Made by a program: the position numbers and the translations under genes. A stretch of 44,128 nucleotides of DNA. It comes from a virus (lineage: Duplodnaviria > Caudoviricetes). Position 1 is the stretch's first letter, and every line of letters starts with the position of its first letter. The notes below the pieces were generated by a model that made no database searches, was not told where the DNA came from, and saw nothing but the letters and a program-made list of their open reading frames with translations. The stretch covers positions 1 to 44,128 of IMG/VR virus record IMGVR_UViG_3300025646_000087; one strand, given 5' to 3'. This document shows positions 36,136 through 44,128 of this stretch, piece by piece.

Positions 36136-37455
36136 TTAAGCAAATATGTAACCGCCGCCTGATTGAGGTGCTTGCTGATATCCTCCATAACTTGGAGCTT
36201 GCTGATATCCACCATAACTAGGCATAGAAGGCATATAACCTGTTGTCATATATCCTCCAGTTTGCTGTTGACCTCCGCCTTGTCCGCCGGCATATATATT
36301 AACTCCAGAACCTTGTTGTTGAGGAGCTAGAGCACCGTATGTGCTGAAGAAAGCTCCTAGTCCTTCTGCTAAAGGAGATCTTGGTTCTCTGTATTGTTTT
36401 GCTATTTGAGTTTGTCCACCAACATATTGAGGAGCAAACCCTTGAATATATTGCATCGCTTGTATTGGAGCTTGTCTTTGAGCAACTTGTTGTTCGTATT
36501 CTCTTCCCAATCTTGTTTCCATCAGCTGTCTTGGTACAGCTCCTAGACCCATTAACTCTTGTCTTTGTTGTTGTCCTAATTGTTGATAAGTTGCTCCAAG
36601 TCCGCCAAGTTCTCTTCCATAACCAGCTAGCTCTTGACCAACTCCTCTTTCAAATTCAGCGGCTCTTTGTAAAGCTCCCCTACCAAATTCTGATTCTCTT
36701 TGAGCTGCTCCTAAGGCTTGTCCATATCCGCCTGCTCTGATTTGAGCAAGAGCCTCGCCTAAGCCTTTTCCTAAAGCTGCTTGTCTTTCTGCAGCTCCAA
36801 GCCTAGCTCTAGAACCAAATGCTGATTCTCCGCCTCTAGCAATATCAGCTGCTCTTTGTTGAATATCCTGTAAAGCCCCACCCTTCATTACATCTTGAAT
36901 AGTTTGTTGTACTACTTGTTGTTCAAAAGGATTGTAAAAACCACCTATAGAAGTTGGATCAAAACCTCTTAAAGATGCTCTAGATAAACCTCTTTGAGAT
37001 CCTATAGTTCCGAGACCACCTAAAATAGCTTCTTCTTGAGCTTGTAAATATGGTTCATATCCGCCAATACCGCCGTAAGCCTGTTGAATAGCTGCTGTTT
37101 CTAAAGGAGATAATCCTGCGGTTTGTCTTAATATTGCAGGTTGATCTAAAAATGTTTGTTGCGCTGCTCTTCTAGCTTCTGAAATAAGTCCTGGATAATC
37201 AGGAGAACCAAAATATAATTCACGTAACGCAGGATCGGATAGAACTTCGGTTCTATCTACTGCACTCAAAACTGGTAACATTTGACCGTTTGCCATTCCG
37301 CCTCCTATAGCTGGACTATTTGCCCTACTATCTCTTGGAACTGCTTGTCTCTCACCATTTGGACCATAAGCGTATGCAAAACCTGGAGGTGGCGAACCCA
37401 TATCATAAATTCTTCCTTCAGGGGGTGTAAATGAATAACCTTCAGGTAAAGCCAT
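36136..37455 (-). CDS. Gln/Gly/Ala-rich putative ejection protein
   Basis: 439 aa; FYNPFEQQVV and AFGSRA motifs; tandem PSYGGYQQA. Confidence 0.6.
   Translation of the reverse strand: MALPEGYSFTPPEGRIYDMGSPPPGFAYAYGPNGERQAVPRDSRANSPAIGGGMANGQMLPVLSAVDRTEVLSDPALRELYFGSPDYPGLISEARRAAQQTFLDQPAILRQTAGLSPLETAAIQQAYGGIGGYEPYLQAQEEAILGGLGTIGSQRGLSRASLRGFDPTSIGGFYNPFEQQVVQQTIQDVMKGGALQDIQQRAADIARGGESAFGSRARLGAAERQAALGKGLGEALAQIRAGGYGQALGAAQRESEFGRGALQRAAEFERGVGQELAGYGRELGGLGATYQQLGQQQRQELMGLGAVPRQLMETRLGREYEQQVAQRQAPIQAMQYIQGFAPQYVGGQTQIAKQYREPRSPLAEGLGAFFSTYGALAPQQQGSGVNIYAGGQGGGQQQTGGYMTTGYMPSMPSYGGYQQAPSYGGYQQAPQSGGGYIFA
36170..36223. repeat. 27-bp in-frame tandem repeat (PSYGGYQQA x2)
   Basis: Two near-identical units at 36170 and 36197. 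Confidence 0.8.
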
Positions 37456-38714
37456 TATATTGCCTCAAAAATATTCATTAATTCGCGCATATTTTTTACG
37501 CCTTGTTCTCTAGATGATTTACCGCCACCTATAAGCTCTATTCCTTGAGGAGTTTTTTTGGTTGTAAAAGATCCTGCTCCTCTTACAGCTTTTGCAGTCA
37601 TTACATATTCACCATCGCTTAACATGGCTGGAATATCGTCTGAAGTTCCAGTACCTGGTCCAGCTGATTCGCCGCCATTACGCATATCGAGCTCTTCCAT
37701 CATTACGGCGCCGCCTTTTGCAAATTTTAAAGTTTGCTGAGCTGGTCCCAAACCAAACTCTGCTCTAGTACCCCCAGTACCTAAAGCTTTTGAAAGTTGG
37801 TATCTTCCTAGAGGATCCATCGTTACTGCTGGAGTTTCTGCTAAACCACCCATTCTTGATTTAACATCTTCGTAAGTTACTTTTCCAAGAAGCGCTCCTA
37901 ATCCACCAGCACCTAATCCTGTTAATTGTCCATCTTTATAAAATGGGCTTGCTATAGATCCTAAGAAATCTGAGATGCCGCCTCCAAGTTTTGATAAAAA
38001 TCCTGGTTGCTGCTGTCCAGCTACATTTATAAAACCGCCCATTTGTTGAGGATACATCATTCCTCCGCCTGGCATCATTCCACCCATTCCTCCTTGTTGA
38101 GGTTGTTGAAACAATCCTGCAATACCTTGTCCAAGAGCTCCAAGTCCTTGACTTAAAGGAGTTCCTGTATATAAACCAAAATCTTGTAAGTTTTGTCCTA
38201 ACGTTCCAAGTCCTGGAACTTTGCCTATTATTTTTCCTAAACTACCAATACCACCTGTAAGCGCACTTCCTAACGCGCTTGCTCCGGATGACAAAGCTCC
38301 ACCTATTCCTGGTATTTTAGAAAGAACAGATGTTGCTGCTCCACCCAGTCCACCTAAAGCTGAACCTAAAGCTGGTCCTACTCCTGGAATAAAAGTAGCT
38401 GCAACTCCCAATACAGGAGCAGCTTTTTTAACTACGTTTTTAACTTTTTTCCAAACTTTAGAAAGAAAACCAAACTCTGGTAATCCTGTTAAAGGATTTA
38501 AATCCATATCGCCGTTTCCAACGACAAATTGATTTGGATCAACTCCATATTTAGAAATAGATTTTCTGATTAAAGCATTTAAGAAAGGATCGTCGCGTAG
38601 TACTTGAGCTGGGATAACCATTTCATCTGGCGCAACGTGCGCAAGAAACGTATCCTCGTTTCTTCCCATACCTGCAACGCTTTGTAAGTTTTGTCTTTGT
38701 TGTCCGTTTAGCAT
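37455..38714 (-). CDS. Gly-rich putative ejection (pilot-like) protein
   Basis: GR..DT.LAHV, NPLTGLPEF, GPGTGTSDDIPAMLSDGEYVMTA.AV motifs. Confidence 0.6.
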   Translation of the reverse strand: MLNGQQRQNLQSVAGMGRNEDTFLAHVAPDEMVIPAQVLRDDPFLNALIRKSISKYGVDPNQFVVGNGDMDLNPLTGLPEFGFLSKVWKKVKNVVKKAAPVLGVAATFIPGVGPALGSALGGLGGAATSVLSKIPGIGGALSSGASALGSALTGGIGSLGKIIGKVPGLGTLGQNLQDFGLYTGTPLSQGLGALGQGIAGLFQQPQQGGMGGMMPGGGMMYPQQMGGFINVAGQQQPGFLSKLGGGISDFLGSIASPFYKDGQLTGLGAGGLGALLGKVTYEDVKSRMGGLAETPAVTMDPLGRYQLSKALGTGGTRAEFGLGPAQQTLKFAKGGAVMMEELDMRNGGESAGPGTGTSDDIPAMLSDGEYVMTAKAVRGAGSFTTKKTPQGIELIGGGKSSREQGVKNMRELMNIFEAI

Positions 38715-38741
38715 ATTAATATAACCTATATGTTAGCATTT

Positions 38742-39053
38742 TTAAGGCGTTGATACAGTAACTGAGCCTAATCCAGTTGTAGCAGAAAGTCCTGTCAGAT
38801 AAGTACGATGGCTGGTTAAATCTATAAACTCGTATCCATCCCAAACCTGCAACACTTCTGTAGTTGTATTGAAGATTAGCGTGCCAGGATTAAAATTAAG
38901 CTGATCACGTTGAGTAGTCGATATAGCTAAAGTATTATACGGATCTACTGCTCCTAAGTTTATCTCTAAAATACGTACAAGTCTATTAAAAAGGTCGGCA
39001 GAAACAGTTTCTCCTTGCGCTAACGGTAATCTAGTTGGCAGCAGTTTAGCCAT
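38742..39053 (-). CDS. Small putative tail protein
   Basis: PGTLIFNTTTEVLQVWDG motif. Confidence 0.55.
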   Translation of the reverse strand: MAKLLPTRLPLAQGETVSADLFNRLVRILEINLGAVDPYNTLAISTTQRDQLNFNPGTLIFNTTTEVLQVWDGYEFIDLTSHRTYLTGLSATTGLGSVTVSTP

Positions 39054-40921
39054 TATCTTCTACCGTCTTGCCTGATATCTATCCTTGTAGCTCCCAATCT
39101 CCAACCTATACCTAGATTACCATCATCTGTAGCGTCGTCATCAGATTCAAATCTAAGCGCTGCTTGTCTTCCTCTGCCCCTAACGTTGACTTGACCAGTA
39201 TTGCTTTTAATAGAACTGGTTGAATCTATTGATAGGGAATTTCCTGGAAAATCTCTAGTTTGTAAAACTATATTAATAGAGCAATCATTTTCATTTTGTA
39301 AAAATTTAAAATCTGGTATAAGTCGTCTAATAAATTGAAAACTCTCGCCATCACCTATATCAAAGTCTGAGCTTTGAATATAAACATTTGTCATCGGCGA
39401 TCCATCTGCGTCAAAACCGTATTCTTGTTGATATAAATAACCGTTAGTTACTGCTCTTGGATATGGCTCAACGCCTGTATCTAACCAAGCAGTTCTAGTT
39501 AATTGACCATATGACCAAGCATCTTCTGTATAGTTATAAAGAACGTATCTATCAATATTGTCGCTGTTAGCAGAACAATAGAACCAGCCTACTTCAGTTT
39601 TATCGTTAATTGTAAAAGCGTGTATTTTATAAGCTTGATCTAAATTGATATTGCTAAATACGTAATTTTGTACTTGACATCTAACAGTTTGTACAGATCC
39701 GTTATATACGTAGAAGTTATTGTTACTCATCCAAAATGTACCGTTAGGAGCAGTTGCGCAAGCCTTTGGTCCAACTAAACCAGCTCCTTCGTTAATTAGG
39801 TTAACTGCAAATGTATAAGGAGGGCCAACAAACTGCATACTATATAAAGAAGTGTCTGTCCAAATAAGTGTTTCTTGTCTAGCTTTGCAACCGCCAACAA
39901 TTTGAGATCCTGAGGAAAGTCTTACAGATCCAGCAGTATTCGTAATTAAAGGCTCAAAATCTAATTCGTTTTCTTGATCGGAGAATGCAACTAACATCGG
40001 ATCAATAGATCCTGTTCTTACACCTCCTGAAATTGGATCAGCTCCTAAAACAATCAAGTGTCTATCGGTTTCTGAAGTAATAACTTGTAATCCTACAGTT
40101 GGAACTAGATTGGCTCCAGATCTTTGCGATAATTCAACGGCTCTAGTTGTTACGCCGTTGTTTTCAATCCATTCGTAAATGCCGCCACCTCTGACATTCA
40201 TTATTAAGTTCTCGCCGTAGTTATCGTGAGTCCAAAGCCTTAGCTGATTTGCTGCAGATAAAGCAGTTGATGATCCGTATGCTCCAGCACCCCAAGTTCC
40301 TACGCCATATCCAGTAGAACCAACATATACATCCAAACCTGTATTGATTTGGTATTCTCCTACTACTGAAGCTCCTCCGTCGCCTGTATCAGAAGAGTTG
40401 GCGGTTACAGTATTGCCACTTGTATCTTTAGCTTCAATAGTATAATTGTCGGCATCTATAATAGTTGCTATTTGATATTCTTGATTGAGAACTGTATCGG
40501 TAATATTTCCGCCTAAAGATACTGCACCTGAGAATGTAACAAAATCGTTTTGAACTGCTCCATTTGCAGTATCTGTTACTGTAATAGTTGCATCTCCATC
40601 TACTGCAGCAAAGGTTACATCTCCTGCAGCGGTAGTAGATCTAATAGGGGTTATGTCGTTGTAGCCAGAACCTTCTTGTATGTAATATTTTAAATTTGTT
40701 CCAAGACCAAGATACTTAGTTCCTTCTAAAGCAATCCAAGCGTGCAAAGCTCTGCAAGTTCCTAAAAAAGTATTAGATATTATCTTAGTCCAACCGCCAA
40801 ACTTTTCCGGTCTGCCTTTTCTAAAACGAACTAAATTACCGTCAAACCAACCACCCTCGTTATCGTAGTCAGTTCCTTCTCTGTTTATGCCTGGTCTAAA
40901 TACTGCTTTCTGTAGTGCCAT
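39053..40921 (-). CDS. Tail nozzle/DNA stabilisation protein (P22 gp10-like)
   Basis: 622 aa beta-rich; FRPGINRE, VRFRKGRPEKFGGW, FSDQE, VRGRGRQ, WRLG; precedes ejection genes. Confidence 0.65.
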   Translation of the reverse strand: MALQKAVFRPGINREGTDYDNEGGWFDGNLVRFRKGRPEKFGGWTKIISNTFLGTCRALHAWIALEGTKYLGLGTNLKYYIQEGSGYNDITPIRSTTAAGDVTFAAVDGDATITVTDTANGAVQNDFVTFSGAVSLGGNITDTVLNQEYQIATIIDADNYTIEAKDTSGNTVTANSSDTGDGGASVVGEYQINTGLDVYVGSTGYGVGTWGAGAYGSSTALSAANQLRLWTHDNYGENLIMNVRGGGIYEWIENNGVTTRAVELSQRSGANLVPTVGLQVITSETDRHLIVLGADPISGGVRTGSIDPMLVAFSDQENELDFEPLITNTAGSVRLSSGSQIVGGCKARQETLIWTDTSLYSMQFVGPPYTFAVNLINEGAGLVGPKACATAPNGTFWMSNNNFYVYNGSVQTVRCQVQNYVFSNINLDQAYKIHAFTINDKTEVGWFYCSANSDNIDRYVLYNYTEDAWSYGQLTRTAWLDTGVEPYPRAVTNGYLYQQEYGFDADGSPMTNVYIQSSDFDIGDGESFQFIRRLIPDFKFLQNENDCSINIVLQTRDFPGNSLSIDSTSSIKSNTGQVNVRGRGRQAALRFESDDDATDDGNLGIGWRLGATRIDIRQDGRR

Positions 40922-41363
40922 CCAACGGTTCCAATTCTGGTATCTTGTTAAATATTAATAAAGTTTTAATTAAAGACTCTTTAGAGTCAATATTTTTTAA
41001 ATTTTCTATAGTTTTGGCGACAGAATTTTCAACTTCGCTGAAAGGCAAAAAGAAAACCTTATCGATTGGCAAGGCAACTAAGCAGAAAATATCTACTTGC
41101 CCGCTACCATATCTTAGCATTTTATTCTTTCTTTTGTTATCTGCGTTAGAACGAAAGTCCCAACGATAATAATTTTTACTATCTTTGGTATAAATGCTAT
41201 TAGTTGTTTTTACTTGTATGCGATAAAACTGTCCTTGATGATCTAGAATAAGATCGGATTTATGGCCTTCAGGAGCCAATATAACAGAGTCGCAATATCG
41301 CAACAAAAATGATGCTGCTAGATATTCACCCGCAAGAGCAACTCTTGCTGAAGGATGCGCCAT
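40896..41363 (-). CDS. PD-(D/E)xK endonuclease (free-standing, homing-endonuclease-like)
   Basis: GE..A, SDLIL...RIQVKT, Y....VDIF. Confidence 0.7.
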   Translation of the reverse strand: MAHPSARVALAGEYLAASFLLRYCDSVILAPEGHKSDLILDHQGQFYRIQVKTTNSIYTKDSKNYYRWDFRSNADNKRKNKMLRYGSGQVDIFCLVALPIDKVFFLPFSEVENSVAKTIENLKNIDSKESLIKTLLIFNKIPELEPLDGTTESSI

Positions 41364-41555
41364 CTAAGCTCCTAATTTCTTTCTTCTCTCAATTTCGTTT
41401 TTGATTTTTTGTTTTACTTTTGGGCCCATATTAGGCATTTCAAGCAATTCTTTTAGTTCTTTAATATTAGCCATTTTCATATAAGAATGTTCTTGCTTCA
41501 TTTTTCCAGTAGCCTTATCTCTTATAGAATGGCTTTTTCTTAGCTTGATAGGCAT
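41364..41555 (-). CDS. Small basic hypothetical protein
   Basis: Probable start ATG 41555; Lys-rich. Confidence 0.55.
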   Translation of the reverse strand: MPIKLRKSHSIRDKATGKMKQEHSYMKMANIKELKELLEMPNMGPKVKQKIKNEIERRKKLGA

Positions 41556-41556
41556 G

Positions 41557-42003
41557 TTAAATATGGCGCCAATCTTTACCTTCAAATAATAAGGCTTCAG
41601 CTTCTCGTCTTCTAACCAATCCAGCTAAAACTTTGCCGCCAGCTTTGTTCCATTTTTTAATTTGTTCTGGAACTTTATCGTATTCTTTATTATTTAATTT
41701 TTTTAAAAGAGTAGAAGATTTTAAATTAGATGGTCCTAAGTTATATACCCAAGAACAAAGAGCGTCGAATTGTTGTTGATTTAGATCTACGTGTACGTAA
41801 TCGTTAATATATTGCTCGTATTCTTCTTCAAGTTCTCTTTGCAACATATAGTCAGCTTTATCTTGCGTCCACTTATCGCCCTCTTGAACACCTTTAATAT
41901 GTCCGTATCCAATTGTAAGAACGCCAACTGCGTCAAAATATGCTTCAAGTTCGCAGCCCTCAAAATGTTTAATAAGTTCTAATCCTTCATCTGATATGTG
42001 CAT
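41557..42003 (-). CDS. Lysozyme/endolysin, glycoside hydrolase family 24
   Basis: Catalytic E-X8-D-X5-T (EGCELEAYFDAVGVLT), TIGYGH, QQQFDAL, GLVRRREAE; start ATG 42003. Confidence 0.93.
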   Translation of the reverse strand: MHISDEGLELIKHFEGCELEAYFDAVGVLTIGYGHIKGVQEGDKWTQDKADYMLQRELEEEYEQYINDYVHVDLNQQQFDALCSWVYNLGPSNLKSSTLLKKLNNKEYDKVPEQIKKWNKAGGKVLAGLVRRREAEALLFEGKDWRHI

Positions 42004-42004
42004 T

Positions 42005-42487
42005 TTAGTCATCCTTGCTAGGCGTGTTAGAAGCGCCAAAATAAAACGAAATAACCGCACTTGCTAGTCCTCCCAAATACCCAAGAACTAAGTTAATAAG
42101 TGCTTCAGAGTTTTGCTCAGGCGGTTGAATGGTTACTAAGAATATGTAGCCAAGAAATCCTCCAACAGTTGCAATACCCATAATTCTTGCAGTCCAATCT
42201 TTGCTAAATTTTCCTCTAGCATCTTGTTTGTCTTGAACTTCTAATTTGAATATATCTATATCTAGTTCTTTCATTTGAACTTCAAAAGCCTGTTCTGCTT
42301 TTTTTAGTTCCATCATTTGTTCGGGAGTTGCTTGTTGAATGGCTTGATCGATTGCTTTAGGGGTGTTGTCGCATTTTAAAACATCGCAAATAACTTTACT
42401 TGCCATTCCTCCAAGCGGTCCGCCTAAAGCAGATCCAAGCGTTGGAGCTACGCTACCAACTACATTTTTTAATATTCCTTTTAACAT
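42005..42487 (-). CDS. Holin-like membrane protein
   Basis: APTLGSALGGPLGG N-terminus, two C-terminal TM helices ending SFYFG; adjacent to lysozyme. Confidence 0.65.
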   Translation of the reverse strand: MLKGILKNVVGSVAPTLGSALGGPLGGMASKVICDVLKCDNTPKAIDQAIQQATPEQMMELKKAEQAFEVQMKELDIDIFKLEVQDKQDARGKFSKDWTARIMGIATVGGFLGYIFLVTIQPPEQNSEALINLVLGYLGGLASAVISFYFGASNTPSKDD

Positions 42488-42488
42488 A

Positions 42489-44128
42489 TTATTTCCAAGT
42501 ATATATCTTCAAAGGCTTGCTTTTGCCTTTGACCATTATAGGTTCTAATTCTAGCAAATGGTAGCCACACATCAACTCAGTACTCTCACCTATTAATATA
42601 TTGACTCCACGCTCTTTAGTAGCAGATTCTAACCTTGCTGCTGTATTAACAGCATCTCCTATTGCGGTATAGTCAAATCTATTTTCGCTACCCATATTAC
42701 CAACAATAGCTTCACCCGTATTGATACCAATACCTATAGCTATTCCTGGCAGATTTTCTGATTGCAGCTCTTGATTTAATATTTCTATATTCTTCATTAT
42801 CTCTACGCCACATTCTACTGCTCTCTTAGCGTGATTACGCATATCTAAAGGTGCGTTAAATATAGCCATCATCGCATCTCCAATATATTTATCTACCATA
42901 CCCTCATACTTTTGAACTGCCTTTTGTTGAGCAGTTAAAACCTTGTTCATAATATAAGTAACTTCTTCAGGTGTAACACTTTCAGATAAAGCGGTAAAAC
43001 CTCTTAAGTCAGTAAAGATAAAAGTACAGTTTCTTTTTTCGCCACCTAGTTTTAATAGATCAGGATTCTTTTGTAATTGTTTGACTTGTCTTGGGTCAAG
43101 ATAGTGTTCAAATTGTTTTTTAATTTGTTGTCTAAGTTTGAATTGTTCTTTGAATCTTAAATAGAAAGCTAACGTGCCTACAATAAAACTAGATATAAAC
43201 GCCCAAGTTATATCTATCAATAAACCATTCTTGATAAAAGTTGAGCCAACAACTATTTGTATAGCTAAAACAAATAAAAAACTTATTGCACTTAACGCAA
43301 TACCAAAGTAACTAAGACAAATCCAAACCAATACTACAGATATAAAGAATATGAATATTTCAACCGCTAGACTATAATCAGGAATATATGGTGAATCTTC
43401 TATCAAAATGGATTCGGCAAGTGCTGCTTGGATTTTGTGTGGTTCTAATAAGCCTGCTGGCGTTGCCACTTGCGGCATTACACCTTGCGCTGTTACCCCT
43501 ACAAAAACGAATTTATTTTCAACATCCATTTCGGCAAGAGTAGTTTCAGGCGTATCAACCCAACTGATCCACTTGCGGCCTAAACTATCTGTCTTAACTG
43601 GTGGTATGCCTTTGACAGTTATTTCTTGAATACCATTTTCATTTGTTTTAATAATGTAGGTATCAGAGCCTGCTAGTATTTTTAATACTTGCGTACCGTA
43701 AGCAGGTATCCAACCATCCGGGCTTTTCATCAATAACGGTATGCGTCTTACCAAGTTATCAACATCTACGGGAGCAACGGCTACACCTTCTGGAGCCGCT
43801 ATGACGTTTTGTCTTACACCTCTGGCTGAATAACCAATGACATCCGGACCAAGTATGACAGTTCCTGTTGTTTTAGGATAAAACTTGGTATCGTTTTCAA
43901 ACATCGCCAATACCGTAGGTACGGTCATATTAATGGCTTCTGCAAATTCTTGATCGCCTCCAAATCTATCTTGTTCGGTAAAAGCTATTACCCAACCAAC
44001 CCCAATAGCACCTTTGCCATACAGTTGTTTTTGGATTTCTGCAAGTCTTTGTCTTGGAAATGGGTAGCCGCCTTCTTTGACTACGTCAGCTTCAGTAATA
44101 TTTAAAATAGTAAAATAGCCAGATGGAT
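42489..44128 (-). CDS. CHASE2-domain class III adenylate cyclase (5'-partial)
   Basis: Frame open beyond 43928 to window edge (ILNI.E...GGYPFPR, DRFGGD); three TM helices; FTDLRGFT, DKYIGDAMMA, GIGINTG, DYTAIGDAVNTAARLES. Confidence 0.9.
   Translation of the reverse strand, partial: PSGYFTILNITEADVVKEGGYPFPRQRLAEIQKQLYGKGAIGVGWVIAFTEQDRFGGDQEFAEAINMTVPTVLAMFENDTKFYPKTTGTVILGPDVIGYSARGVRQNVIAAPEGVAVAPVDVDNLVRRIPLLMKSPDGWIPAYGTQVLKILAGSDTYIIKTNENGIQEITVKGIPPVKTDSLGRKWISWVDTPETTLAEMDVENKFVFVGVTAQGVMPQVATPAGLLEPHKIQAALAESILIEDSPYIPDYSLAVEIFIFFISVVLVWICLSYFGIALSAISFLFVLAIQIVVGSTFIKNGLLIDITWAFISSFIVGTLAFYLRFKEQFKLRQQIKKQFEHYLDPRQVKQLQKNPDLLKLGGEKRNCTFIFTDLRGFTALSESVTPEEVTYIMNKVLTAQQKAVQKYEGMVDKYIGDAMMAIFNAPLDMRNHAKRAVECGVEIMKNIEILNQELQSENLPGIAIGIGINTGEAIVGNMGSENRFDYTAIGDAVNTAARLESATKERGVNILIGESTELMCGYHLLELEPIMVKGKSKPLKIYTWK

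Noticed and set aside
42004-42060. Hydrophobic N-terminal extension on lysozyme (SAR-like)
   Set aside because: Comes from an upstream start inside the holin's T-rich end; ATG 42003 has its own AAGGA SD
31656-43629. Short ORFs opposite or inside virion, lysis and cyclase genes
   Set aside because: Antisense or alternate-frame shadows without independent signals

Overview
This is a ~44 kb, AT-rich piece of a tailed dsDNA phage genome, most likely a marine podovirus-like phage of the uncultured 'Mu gpT-like capsid + GroES' type. The host cannot be determined from the sequence. Modules: (i) leftward late head operon, 1-12.3 kb (putative internal proteins, TerL, portal, GroES-like, scaffold, major capsid, decoration proteins); (ii) a non-coding and early block, 12.3-19.9 kb, with ~27 small, mostly acidic ORFs, a poly(A)40 tract, operator-like palindromes and repeated RBS cassettes; (iii) TerS and an iteron/AT-rich origin-like element, 19.9-21.0 kb; (iv) replication/recombination genes, 21.9-31.0 kb (SF2 helicase, RecE-like exonuclease, DUF3310, SSB, Sak4-like ATPase, Cro-like, Prim-Pol/helicase, nucleases); (v) leftward virion and lysis block, 31-44 kb, ending in a CHASE2 class III adenylate cyclase directly upstream of holin and lysozyme. 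No integrase, DNA polymerase, RNA polymerase, tRNA or CRISPR array was seen. The most striking unexplained signal is a set of minus-strand stem-loop RNAs (12.3, 21.3, 26.3 kb) whose exposed segments are complementary to the RBS/start codons of the phage's own early and replication genes, a candidate antisense timing circuit. All family assignments are by motif recognition and all counts are by eye; no searches were run.
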